DNA from: Alphaproteobacteria bacterium
GTDB taxonomy: Bacteria > Pseudomonadota > Alphaproteobacteria > Rickettsiales > JABCZZ01
Length of the DNA stretch: 60,720 nt
Direction of reading: 5' to 3'
Assembly: GCA_013286285.1 (NCBI GenBank)
Contig: JABDGA010000003.1
Location: forward strand, 1-60,720
Below, piece after piece: positions 47,313 through 56,379 of the stretch. Position 1 is the first letter of the stretch; each line of letters opens with the position of its first letter. A program made the position numbers and the translations under genes. Under the pieces are notes generated by a model. It made no database searches. It saw nothing but the letters and a program-made list of their open reading frames with translations, and was not told the origin of the DNA.

Positions 47313-47744
47313 CCGCCTTAATCTGCGCAACTGCAAATTTGAGAAAGCGCCTAAACCGCGGTAAATCCTGCTTTTGCAAATACATTGCTTATGCACTCAG
47401 ATGCTTTTTCCGCTGCAATGTTCTCAACACAAAAATTTGCAATAAAACTATCAGTAGAGGTTTAACGGACTCACAGGCTTTTCCAACTCTATGACACCAG
47501 TCTCAGCACTTCATTCGGACTGAATACATGGATACAGATGAAAAAAATCCACAAAGAGGCCAGATATACCAGTAAAAGCATCACTATCAGTATCGCCATC
47601 AGTATTCTGCTCATACTCAACTCCATTGTTAGGGGTAACAGGAGGGGCGTGCAAAAAGAAAGGCTGTATGTGAATAGCATATTTGGAAGAATAATCCCAG
47701 TGTTTCTATCATGGGACGTTTACCCCATCAGGGATAGGCACAAC

Positions 47745-49097
47745 TTAACGCAGCAGCTTACCACTAAGCCCACCAGTGAGGGATTCCATTATGAATTCCC
47801 GAAGACTTACTGACTTGTCATCGCGGTTACGGCGCAAAAGAGAGCCGGCGATAAATATCGTACCCAGCAGTATAAATGGTTCCAGCGGCTTGCGGTAACG
47901 ACCTTCCATCACTCCCGTCTGCTGGAACAGCATCAACAGTATCATAACGAACGCGATACACGTAATAAACATTTTAGGGCGCTCCATGCGGCACACCGGC
48001 GTAAACGCAAGGATCGCCGTGATACAGAACACAAATACCCAGCGTAGCTGCCAGTTCAAAAAATGTAATGGCCGCCCAGGATGCATATCCGAATCAGGCC
48101 AGGAAGGGCCAAACATGAAATAAATGGCGTTTTCATATATATCCTTAAGACGTTCATAGAAAGTATGCTGCTGCGCCGCTTCTCTTATGGTAATATCCCA
48201 ATCCTGCATTCCATGAGCCAAATCGATGGTGACGATATAAGGGCTCTTTATACGGTAGGAGGTATAGTTTCCCAATGGCTCCAGCGGATTAATATAAAAA
48301 GAAGAGGAAGACCAGCCATAACTCCATCTTTCCCCGGTTCTCGTATCCCACATGTCGAGCCCAAAGCTGGTGTGGCCACTGTCACGGTTAATATTCTCCC
48401 GTCCCGCGTATCCGAATGGAGAGACACTGCCCATGGCTTTGTAGGTGTGCCACCCAGCAGGCAGCGCGAACACGGTAAATAACCCCACCATACCGCAGAA
48501 TGTCTGAAATTTTCTGGGTTGGAAGGATAGCAGGTACGCCATGCCGATACACGCAACCGGCACCATCATCTGTTTGGTAAAACCAGTGATCAACCAGCAC
48601 ACCACCGCAATCATGCAGGAGGAAAGCGTCTGTTTACGCGCACTGCGAAACGTCATCCACATGGCAAGAGCCGTGGCGGGCAACACGACGGTTTCAATCA
48701 TGAAATACCCGTACATCACCAGAAACGAGGGATGCGCACCAAGTAATATAGCGTATAAAAGCCCGGTTTTGCGTGTGCAAAACTCCCGCAATGCACGATA
48801 CCAGAAATAAGGCAAGGAAGCGCACAACAAACCCGTGATAAGGGAAATGATGCTTCGGTTATTATCCGCTGCCAGCTTGCGCAGCACATATATCCATACT
48901 TGGTAAGCTTTGGGATCGGTTCCATTCCCATAGTGAGGAGACAACAGATCCGCGCCAATCTCCCAATGCGCCTTGAAATCCGACCAAAGCTGATCCACAG
49001 GATTGAAATAAAAGGGATATAAAAACCGGCATACCAGGACGCAGGCAAAAATCCATGTCAGGCATTTTTCCCATTCTAAGGACCAGCAATATTTCAC
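47745..49097 (-). CDS. Polytopic membrane protein, possible GT-C-type glycosyltransferase
   Basis: 450 aa with at least 10 hydrophobic helices and a roughly 120-aa soluble loop (GYAGRENINRDSGHTSFG...DWDITIREAAQQ). It starts 9 nt downstream of the GT2 gene in the same operon. The function is inferred from context and topology only. Confidence 0.5.
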   Translation of the reverse strand: MKYCWSLEWEKCLTWIFACVLVCRFLYPFYFNPVDQLWSDFKAHWEIGADLLSPHYGNGTDPKAYQVWIYVLRKLAADNNRSIISLITGLLCASLPYFWYRALREFCTRKTGLLYAILLGAHPSFLVMYGYFMIETVVLPATALAMWMTFRSARKQTLSSCMIAVVCWLITGFTKQMMVPVACIGMAYLLSFQPRKFQTFCGMVGLFTVFALPAGWHTYKAMGSVSPFGYAGRENINRDSGHTSFGLDMWDTRTGERWSYGWSSSSFYINPLEPLGNYTSYRIKSPYIVTIDLAHGMQDWDITIREAAQQHTFYERLKDIYENAIYFMFGPSWPDSDMHPGRPLHFLNWQLRWVFVFCITAILAFTPVCRMERPKMFITCIAFVMILLMLFQQTGVMEGRYRKPLEPFILLGTIFIAGSLLRRNRDDKSVSLREFIMESLTGGLSGKLLR

Positions 49098-49106
49098 TTT
49101 ATTTTC

Positions 49107-49811
49107 TCATCTTCTGTCTTCACGCCGGCACTTCCCGGCAAAGCTGAAAAGTTCCTGAAACGCACGCAAAATGACGCGCAGACTAGCTCCCGTGGCAACA
49201 CCTCCCTTGCGTGGAAGATGCTGCACTCCAATCTCCAGTAAAGTGCACCCTTGCTGTTTGAGTCTGTACAGCAACTCTGCGCTAATCATTGCACCACGCA
49301 TTTCGGGCGGGTGTTGATGCAAGAAGTAGGTAGGGAATAATTTAAAGGCGCAATCCACATCGCGAACCCGGATATCCAGTATCCACCGAATCAACCATTT
49401 CCACCCCCAGGCATTCAGCTTACGCATCCTTGAATCCTTTCGATCCAAACGATACCCAATCACCGCATCATATTTATCCTTGAACTCCAGCAAGAAGGAC
49501 AGATCGGCAATATCAAACTGTCCATCGGAATCCATTAAAAAAGTACGTTCTTTGGTCGCAGCGGCGAACCCCGTTGCCAGCGCAGAGCCATACCCCCGAT
49601 TACGCTCATGCGTCACCATCCTGACACGCCGCTCGGTCTCCATAATCGTGGTAACTATCGCTCCGGTGCTATCCTTGCTGCCGTCATTGACCACAATAAT
49701 CTCAAAATCCCCTGCCAGCGCGCTTAATATCTGTGTAAGCGTATCGCCGATTACCGCTTCTTCATTATACGCCGGCAGGACAACGGAAAGGCTATGGACG
49801 GGGATTATCAT
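49107..49811 (-). CDS. GT2-family polyprenol-phosphate glycosyltransferase (DPM1/ArnC/GtrB-like)
   Basis: LSVVLPAYNEE, EIIVVNDGSKDST, NRGYGSAL, FLMDSDGQF (DxD) and DCAFKLF are present. At 234 aa it has the size of a soluble-domain-only enzyme. Confidence 0.88.
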   Translation of the reverse strand: MIIPVHSLSVVLPAYNEEAVIGDTLTQILSALAGDFEIIVVNDGSKDSTGAIVTTIMETERRVRMVTHERNRGYGSALATGFAAATKERTFLMDSDGQFDIADLSFLLEFKDKYDAVIGYRLDRKDSRMRKLNAWGWKWLIRWILDIRVRDVDCAFKLFPTYFLHQHPPEMRGAMISAELLYRLKQQGCTLLEIGVQHLPRKGGVATGASLRVILRAFQELFSFAGKCRREDRR

Positions 49812-49934
49812 GAAGACTCAAATGTTCGCGCTATTTTGTGCTGGAGTATATCTTTATTCGGTTAATATTTCCTTTATTTTCTTAGAGTTCTTACACATTG
49901 ATATTTGACGCAAAAATTTAGAACATGGCAAAAT

Positions 49935-51644
49935 TCAGTATACGCAATACCACATAGCAAACATTCCGGCATTCAGAAACATCAGGGCAGAAAGCACAGC
50001 GATAACCAGCATAACGGTCCGAGGCTGTTTCAATGCACGCGCCAGCACTAAGAAACACGGCAATGCGAGTATGGAATAGCGGCCAACGGAAGACATCCAG
50101 CGTTCTGTAATATAAGCAATGCCAAGCGTTAGCGTAGCAACAACAATTTCCTCTGCAATAAGCCAACGTTTGTATATACCGAGAATCAACAATACAACGG
50201 CACTCAACCACTCTCCTTCATCGAGTAGTAAACGAGGATAAAAACCGGGATTGCGCCATCCACCGCTCGTAAAGAATTCCCATAACGGACGGAAAACCAG
50301 TAAATCTTCTATCCTGCCTTCCCCCCAGCCAAATGAACCCCACGCTTTCTGACGATCCAGAAAAAGAAATGGACTCCCATGAAACGCCCATTGATAGCAC
50401 ATGAAAAATATAAGCCCCCATGCAGAAAGCCCTGTATACATTATCATACGAAACACCCGATGTAGACAAGGCATGCCCGCATCACGCCGCCACACATGAA
50501 CGCCAACAGCAAAAGCCGCGGCAATTCCCTGAGATCGGGTAGCAGTAATCAGCCCCGCAATAGCTATCAGCCAGTATAATGGCCAGCGTTTTACAAAACC
50601 ATAGAGCAGAACAGTTAGCAGAAACAGATAAAGTGATTCGGTGTAAGTCATACGCAGGAAATACGAGGCAGGACAAAACAGCACAAACAGCAGCGCATTA
50701 TCTGCCAAATCTACACTGTCAAGCCGTATCTGCCCATAGATTCGCCATTGCCGAGCGAAAAGTGCAAGGCTTACCAACGTCACGATAAGAAGACTGAATT
50801 CTTGTGTAAACCCGGTAATTGAATATACAACAGCACCTAACAAGGGATAGAGAGGAAAAAAAACAATCGGCGAATTGTTTAGTCCTGCTTCATCATAGCC
50901 TTTTTTCATGAGTATATATTTGTACCACTGCCCATCCCAATTAGCGTACCATTCGCCGTGATAGTCAAATTCATAGCCTGTACAAGTGCCGTGCCTCAGA
51001 AACGTTACCCCCGCTACCACGCCTGCATAAACCAATAATGTACTGACCATGCATGGCAGCAACCATGGAGGTAGCACACGCCAAATGGAGGCCAGCCCAT
51101 ATGGAGTTTTGGCACTAAGTAGCCCCTCCAGAATGAGAAGAATGCTTATGGCAAAGGTTAATGCTTGCCAGAGCGGAGGCTCATATCGCACATTGATACT
51201 CGCTGGCCCTCCTGTATTCTGGAAATCGATCAATAGTGTATTATCTCCACTATGCAGCCACGCCCCCAGATCGATGACAAATCCATTCCTGTAATCGCAA
51301 AGATCGGCGGGAGGAATAGATGTCAGCGGCACGTCCACGCCATTGACCACAACCACAGTGGCACAGTCATCCGGAATAATATGCAGGCGAGTGGGCAATG
51401 ATATCATCCGGCTGAGATCCATGCGCAATGTGTATTTGTACAACCCTGACGGAAAGGGATCTGAAAACGGCAGAGAGACCGGTTTCTGCTCCGTGGCAGT
51501 ACCCATGTAAGTCGTAAGGATGCCGTGGGTGAAGAGATAACTGGGCCTAGTCATGCTGTAGACATTGAATACAAATAACACTACGCCTACGATCAGCAAT
51601 ATCCATGATGAAATGCGACAAAATCGTATGGAAAAAAACGTCAC
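49935..51644 (-). CDS. GT-C membrane glycosyltransferase candidate (PIG-V/mannosyltransferase-2-like) with an extra N-terminal extracytoplasmic domain
   Basis: WYANWDGQWYKYILMKKGYDE....PIVFFPLYPLLGAVVY resembles the WD..WY..IA..GY...FFPLYP signature of the PIG-V/GT76-like family. About 11 TM helices are present. The GTG start overlaps the upstream stop by 1 nt. Confidence 0.6.
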   Translation of the reverse strand: MTFFSIRFCRISSWILLIVGVVLFVFNVYSMTRPSYLFTHGILTTYMGTATEQKPVSLPFSDPFPSGLYKYTLRMDLSRMISLPTRLHIIPDDCATVVVVNGVDVPLTSIPPADLCDYRNGFVIDLGAWLHSGDNTLLIDFQNTGGPASINVRYEPPLWQALTFAISILLILEGLLSAKTPYGLASIWRVLPPWLLPCMVSTLLVYAGVVAGVTFLRHGTCTGYEFDYHGEWYANWDGQWYKYILMKKGYDEAGLNNSPIVFFPLYPLLGAVVYSITGFTQEFSLLIVTLVSLALFARQWRIYGQIRLDSVDLADNALLFVLFCPASYFLRMTYTESLYLFLLTVLLYGFVKRWPLYWLIAIAGLITATRSQGIAAAFAVGVHVWRRDAGMPCLHRVFRMIMYTGLSAWGLIFFMCYQWAFHGSPFLFLDRQKAWGSFGWGEGRIEDLLVFRPLWEFFTSGGWRNPGFYPRLLLDEGEWLSAVVLLILGIYKRWLIAEEIVVATLTLGIAYITERWMSSVGRYSILALPCFLVLARALKQPRTVMLVIAVLSALMFLNAGMFAMWYCVY

Positions 51645-52924
51645 TACTTTATTTTCCTTCGATTAAGAAAGCGGAAAATACCGCGCTCTTTCATCCATAA
51701 CGCATAGCTGACGTAGTCCGGGTCGCGGGAGAGGTGGATCTCCTCCGTCTTGGCGCGTAACCAATATATGCCATTCAGCATCAGCAGGGCCAGACAACAG
51801 CGCATACTTTCCCAGGCATTTCCATGCACGATGAACGGAATGGAAATCAGCCACCATGACAGATTCTTCGCAATATACGCAGGATGCTTGGTATAACGGT
51901 AAGGGCCGCCGGTAATAATCCCCCTATGGGTAAGGTTGGAAAAACGCGCTCCAAACGCGACGGTAGCCCATACGTAAACCAACACCAGCAGTAAAATCAC
52001 GCTGCCCCATGCCATATATAAAAGCGGGAATCCGGATAACCACTGTTCCCAGCCGTAACCATTGCCGTAATTCAGGTATTGCTGCCCCATCTGCGACCAA
52101 AACGGCTCATAGCATACCAATGCAACTACCCATCCCAACATCGTAGGTTCTGCAGAACGCAGATGCGTATCGGTAAGGCGCAGCGAGATAAGGTATCCCA
52201 TTGAAACCAAGCCTACGTCTACAAAATAAAACGCATCCGAGAAAAAGTGGTAGTACGCAGGAAAGCCGGACAGAGAATGGGAAGAGGACGCAAGTATCCA
52301 TTTAAGATCATTACAAAAATAAGTAAACATCAATGGCAAAAAATACCCTTTAATCAACCAGCCGGTCAGATGCTGCCTGAGAATGGCGAAGTCCACCTGC
52401 TGCCATTGCAGCATCACCGCTTTTCCCATATGCCAGTAGCTGTCCTGAGGGACACGCATGATACGGTCTATAAGCACAATATAGGGAATAGAAGCCAGAA
52501 CCCATACCGGCAGGACAAACTTCAGCATCCGATAATAATTATCGTAGAATGCGCCATGGTATTCAGGAAACACCCAATAAAGCAGCCCGATAAAGGCGAA
52601 GCTCCCCAGCAGCCCGATAAATTTGCACAGGCTTCTGCTCCAGGATAAATTATGGCGGGAAAAATCAAGCCCCGTGGTTCCACGGCGGTGGACATTTTGC
52701 CAAGGAAGATCCATAGAAAAAATTGCCGCGGCGGTGAAAAGCAACACAAAAAGCGCGGAGTATGCAATATTAGGAAACGGGTTGCTTTTGTATAGTATGG
52801 CTACAGAACCGATGAAGGCGGCTGCCCCGGCAAACGCGGTCCAGCCATTCGTGGCGGAGGGAGGAAGCGTCCGGGTAGGTTTGGAACTATCAGATCTACT
52901 CATAAGGTTGGCAGGAAATCTCAT
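51644..52924 (-). CDS. Polytopic membrane protein with a C-terminal ICMT/PEMT-type methyltransferase domain
   Basis: 426 aa. The C-terminal THRGIITGGPYRYTKHPAYIAKNLSWW matches the isoprenylcysteine carboxyl / phospholipid methyltransferase family motif (GPY.y.RHP.Y). Confidence 0.65.
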   Translation of the reverse strand: MRFPANLMSRSDSSKPTRTLPPSATNGWTAFAGAAAFIGSVAILYKSNPFPNIAYSALFVLLFTAAAIFSMDLPWQNVHRRGTTGLDFSRHNLSWSRSLCKFIGLLGSFAFIGLLYWVFPEYHGAFYDNYYRMLKFVLPVWVLASIPYIVLIDRIMRVPQDSYWHMGKAVMLQWQQVDFAILRQHLTGWLIKGYFLPLMFTYFCNDLKWILASSSHSLSGFPAYYHFFSDAFYFVDVGLVSMGYLISLRLTDTHLRSAEPTMLGWVVALVCYEPFWSQMGQQYLNYGNGYGWEQWLSGFPLLYMAWGSVILLLVLVYVWATVAFGARFSNLTHRGIITGGPYRYTKHPAYIAKNLSWWLISIPFIVHGNAWESMRCCLALLMLNGIYWLRAKTEEIHLSRDPDYVSYALWMKERGIFRFLNRRKIK

Positions 52925-53064
52925 TATTCTGCGTGCAGAACGTGATCATAGGTACAGACGGCATATGCCTTATGCAAGGTTCTTTTGACAAAAACGCGAC
53001 GGGCGCGTTGGAATGCGTATCTCCTGATGCAAGCTCGTCACTCATATCAAAAAACGCTTAACCT

Positions 53065-53104
53065 TCATAAAACTTTAACAATTATATAGTATACTGATTA
53101 CAAT
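53065..53104 (+). promoter_or_regulatory. AT-rich promoter-like element conserved upstream of both Cys-rich genes (copy 1)
   Basis: tcataaaactttaacaattatatagtatactgatta aligns without gaps to 56311-56346 (27 of 36 identical by my count). It contains TTAACA (53075-53080), an 18-nt spacer, then TACAAT (53099-53104). The ATG at 53171 is preceded by gggag. Confidence 0.3.
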
Positions 53105-53170
53105 CAAAATAGTAGGCTGGTAATATAGTCAGCCAGAATACACATACGCCGTGCGCAAGGGAGAATCGTC

Positions 53171-54583
53171 ATGACAAAAAGCAACCCATCGTCAAAAAGC
53201 AAATTCCGCACGCTGTGTACCTCTTTAGCACTTGCTACGTTGCTATTTTGTGTTCCCACGACCCTGTTTATCTATGGCGGCAACGTGTTCGCCCCCTCCA
53301 CCGCTCAGGCGGCTCCTACTATCGGTACTCTTCTGAACGGAAGCTCCAGTGGTGGAGGCAACCAGCCACAATGCTTGAAAGTTGACACAACAACAGGCGC
53401 AAGCACAGTAATCACATGCCCATGCCCGTCCTCACTATCTAACACCCAAACGTGCGCGCCATGCTCAGATCTAGATCCCAGCCTCTGTGTCAATAGCCCA
53501 GGCACTGGCAGCAGCAGTGGTGGCAACAATAGCAACAGTGACGCGGATGCGTGCGCAAACCTGACACTGGCGGATGCCACTAATTGCGGCCTGACCAATG
53601 ATAAAAAAGGAACGGGGGTATTTTGCGGTCAGGACAAAACCGGCCCTGGCGGCGACGGTAAATCGGATAATTGTGGCATGGGGGGCAATATAGGCACGCT
53701 GTATAAATGTTCATGCCCCAATGGCATAGGTGCCGGCAAGTGCACCACGTCAGTAGTGCAGGTTTGTAATCCCAATCCTTGCCAGGTAGTGATGGGCGCG
53801 GGTAATCCCGATGCGTGCGGGGCAGCTGGTAATGGTAGCGGTGGGGGCAATGGCAGCAGCAGTGGAGGTGGTAATGGCAGCAGCAGCGGTGGCGGGGCAC
53901 CGAAATATACGGGGCATTGTGATTACGACCAAGATGCAAGAGGCGTGTATCATTGTGTGTGCACAGTCCCGTCAGGCATGTCTTGTACAGCTTTGGGAGG
54001 AATCATACCTACTAATGACCCCTCACGTGACGGTCAGTGTGAATTGGCCGGCAGTAATTGTGACTGCGCAAATCCAAGCAAAAAAATCTGCAATACTTCA
54101 GGCAGCAGTAGTGGAAGCAGCAGTAGTGGCGGTGGCAACCAGTCGAAATGTCTGACAACTGACACAACAACAGGCGCAACCACGATAGGCGCATGCCCCT
54201 GCCCGTCATCACTACCTAACACAAAATCTTGTGCCCCATGTTCAGATTTAGATCCTAGTCTTTGTACAAATAGTCCAGGCGGTGCTCCGGATGGCGACAC
54301 TTGCCATGCTACAATTACCAACCAGAGCGGTAGCGCCAGCGTGGCCGGACAATGCTCTGGTAACAATAACTGCATAAATTCGCCCGATACAATTTCTGTG
54401 GAGACAACAGGTGATTCAAGTTGCGCGAATGGATTCTGCTGTCATGGTGCACCATTCTCAGATTGTTGGTACGGACAGTTTGGTGGCCCAGCATCGGATT
54501 GCAGATGCAAGAATAATTATTCTGGTTGTGCTCCAACTTTTGGTGCTGGAGGATGGTCTTGCCCACCAAGCGACTGTCCATAA
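53171..54583 (+). CDS. Secreted modular Cys/Ser/Gly-rich protein (no recognised family)
   Basis: 470 aa. It has a signal peptide (LALATLLFCVPTTLFIYGGNVFAPSTAQA). At least 5 Cys-rich modules are separated by SSSGGG / GNGSSSGGGNGSSSGGG / SGSSSGSSSSGGG linkers. One roughly 52-aa module is repeated (see repeats). RBS gggag. Confidence 0.8.
   Translation: MTKSNPSSKSKFRTLCTSLALATLLFCVPTTLFIYGGNVFAPSTAQAAPTIGTLLNGSSSGGGNQPQCLKVDTTTGASTVITCPCPSSLSNTQTCAPCSDLDPSLCVNSPGTGSSSGGNNSNSDADACANLTLADATNCGLTNDKKGTGVFCGQDKTGPGGDGKSDNCGMGGNIGTLYKCSCPNGIGAGKCTTSVVQVCNPNPCQVVMGAGNPDACGAAGNGSGGGNGSSSGGGNGSSSGGGAPKYTGHCDYDQDARGVYHCVCTVPSGMSCTALGGIIPTNDPSRDGQCELAGSNCDCANPSKKICNTSGSSSGSSSSGGGNQSKCLTTDTTTGATTIGACPCPSSLPNTKSCAPCSDLDPSLCTNSPGGAPDGDTCHATITNQSGSASVAGQCSGNNNCINSPDTISVETTGDSSCANGFCCHGAPFSDCWYGQFGGPASDCRCKNNYSGCAPTFGAGGWSCPPSDCP
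53348..53503 (+). repeat. Intragenic 156-bp direct repeat, copy A
   Basis: It encodes SGGGNQPQCLKVDTTTGASTVITCPCPSSLSNTQTCAPCSDLDPSLCVNSPG. It aligns without gaps to 54125-54280. Confidence 0.85.
54125..54280 (+). repeat. Intragenic 156-bp direct repeat, copy B
   Basis: It encodes SGGGNQSKCLTTDTTTGATTIGACPCPSSLPNTKSCAPCSDLDPSLCTNSPG. Length and frame are the same as copy A. Confidence 0.85.
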
Positions 54584-54606
54584 ATATAACAAAACAATTA
54601 TTTATT

Positions 54607-56199
54607 ATGACAACGAATTTCCGCAACATATGCATGCGGTTCATCTTTCTGGCGTTAGTAACGCTATCACTGACTGATCCATTGTTAGCAGCTAACAATG
54701 GGTCATTCGCCGTATGCCCGTGCGTGAATGTCTATGCAGGCGTTCCGGGCAATTGTCCTTCTATGGAGCCGCTAGCTATGGCGGTATATCACACCGGCCC
54801 AAGCGTAGCATATAATACCAGCCGCAGCATGAGCCTTTTTCTCCGTGATGGTAATGGCTATCTGGAATCTGTTTCCCAGATGGCTCCCAATGCAACTTCA
54901 TGGGGGAGCGCTAACTGGCAAAACCTAAAGGGTAGCTTAAACAGTGATCCGGTCGCTATTTCTCGTAAGGGAAGTAATCTGGAGGTATTCTATATCGGAT
55001 TTGACGAAGCTGTATGGCATATCCGGCAGTTGCCAGGCAGTACGAAATGGGGCGGCCATGCCATCATTGGCGGCGCTGTCGGCGGCCAGGTAACCGTGGC
55101 ATATATTCCCGCTTCGGACAGCGTACAGCTCTTCTATAAAGGGGATAATCAATCACTGATGACGATTACGGAGAACAATGGTAGCTGGGGTAAACCCGTT
55201 GCACTCCTCCCGGCAGGCTCTGTCGCCAGCAATGTCGCCAGCATCGATGTCGGTGGCAACCGTTACCTCTTCTTCCGAGGAAATGACGGAAGCCTGAAAA
55301 TTGTATCACTCATGCCAGGCTCTACTATGGCAAGCGCTCCCGCTGCCCTCACCCCCCCCTGGACAGTGGATAGCAACCTCACACCTATTCTAGACGCAAG
55401 CGGCAATATCATCGTATTTTACCGGGGACCTGATTATGCGTTATGGAAGGTTTCTTCTGCCGGAAGCACAGGCTGGGAACGCCCGCTTTCGCTGGGAGGC
55501 AGGGCCAGCAGTGACCTCTATGCCACCCTACTTCCCGGCAAGCAGATACGCGTATACTACCGCGCAACCGACGGAGGCGTGTATTATGTTCAACAGGACA
55601 AGGGCACTACTGTGGGATGGAGCAAACATAAACATCTGCTCGGCGTATCAGCAAGCGTGAAGAATTCTTCTGGGGCAACGCTTTTGAGCCAGACGCTCTT
55701 TAGCAATCCAGTGACTGGCATTAATCCTGATGGACGACAGGAAGTCTTCTATATCGGCAGTGAAGGCGCTCCGTGGCATATGTGGGAAACGGCAGCTTCC
55801 TCATCCGGGCAACCCTATCCAGTCTGGACTTCCCAAGCGGCGCTCGGAGGCGTAGGAAGCGCTCCGCGCGGCAATAGCATTATCGCAACGGCCATTACCA
55901 GTGCCAACCCCATAGCATCTTACACCGCGCTGGATGCTGCCACGATATACGATATTATTGGCAATGCACCATTCTTCGAGACATGTTCCACATTCCCCAC
56001 CCCTACTATCGGATTTAATCATCCATTGCCGGATTGCAACAACGTACCAATGATCAGCCGTGCGATGGGTATTGCCTTACTGATAGACGACATTCAAACC
56101 GCAATAGCCTCTGTGAAAGCCAGTACAACCGGCTCAGTGACGCAGGCACAATTTGACGCCTTGATTAAAGCGCAACTGACAAAGATGGGTATTTTGTAA
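54607..56199 (+). CDS. Secreted seven-bladed beta-propeller protein (lectin-like, PLL/DUF346-style repeats) with a conserved C-terminal ~100-aa domain, paralogue 1
   Basis: The start is ATG 54607, giving a signal peptide (MRFIFLALVTLSLTDPLLA). There are seven repeats of about 45-55 aa with strand pairs such as LEVFYIGFDEAVWHIRQ, VQLFYKGDNQSLMTI, RYLFFRGNDGSLKIV, IIVFYRGPDYALWKV, IRVYYRATDGGVYYV and QEVFYIGSEGAPWHMWE. It starts 24 nt after the Cys-rich gene. Confidence 0.8.
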   Translation: MTTNFRNICMRFIFLALVTLSLTDPLLAANNGSFAVCPCVNVYAGVPGNCPSMEPLAMAVYHTGPSVAYNTSRSMSLFLRDGNGYLESVSQMAPNATSWGSANWQNLKGSLNSDPVAISRKGSNLEVFYIGFDEAVWHIRQLPGSTKWGGHAIIGGAVGGQVTVAYIPASDSVQLFYKGDNQSLMTITENNGSWGKPVALLPAGSVASNVASIDVGGNRYLFFRGNDGSLKIVSLMPGSTMASAPAALTPPWTVDSNLTPILDASGNIIVFYRGPDYALWKVSSAGSTGWERPLSLGGRASSDLYATLLPGKQIRVYYRATDGGVYYVQQDKGTTVGWSKHKHLLGVSASVKNSSGATLLSQTLFSNPVTGINPDGRQEVFYIGSEGAPWHMWETAASSSGQPYPVWTSQAALGGVGSAPRGNSIIATAITSANPIASYTALDAATIYDIIGNAPFFETCSTFPTPTIGFNHPLPDCNNVPMISRAMGIALLIDDIQTAIASVKASTTGSVTQAQFDALIKAQLTKMGIL

Positions 56200-56310
56200 G
56201 CCAAGGCTGTCAATATAAAAAGATATATCATCGTCTTAGTATCTTTTACCTTCCAAAAGCATACGCCCTTAAAACTGTCAGGCACTTTCCGAAAAGGAAT
56301 GTGTTTACTG

Positions 56311-56349
56311 TCATAAAGAATTAATAATTATATGGTATATTATTAATAT
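56311..56349 (+). promoter_or_regulatory. AT-rich promoter-like element conserved upstream of both Cys-rich genes (copy 2)
   Basis: tcataaagaattaataattatatggtatattattaa matches copy 1. It contains TTAATA (56321-56326), a 17-nt spacer, then TAATAT (56344-56349). Confidence 0.3.
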
Positions 56350-56379
56350 AACTATAAAAACAGTTCTTTAGAAAATTTT

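Noticed and set aside
46301-47744. Integrated prophage or genomic island at tRNA-Arg
   Set aside because: I could find no integrase, phage or transfer genes and no direct repeat of the tRNA 3' end by eye. It is kept only as a low-confidence boundary hypothesis in the findings.
53509-54135. Possible CRISPR-like or tandem DNA repeats (recurring agcagcagtggtgg tracts)
   Set aside because: The repeats are short, irregularly spaced coding linkers (SSSGG) inside an ORF. They lack constant repeat/spacer periodicity. This is not a CRISPR array.
53305-54375. Several minus-strand ORFs (e.g. 53580..53939, 54034..54375) and the plus-strand ORF 53811..54155 inside the Cys-rich gene
   Set aside because: They arise from low-complexity Ser/Gly/Cys codon tracts read in other frames (CCCH/PPLL-rich nonsense). 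The signal-peptide-bearing frame 53171..54583 explains the region.
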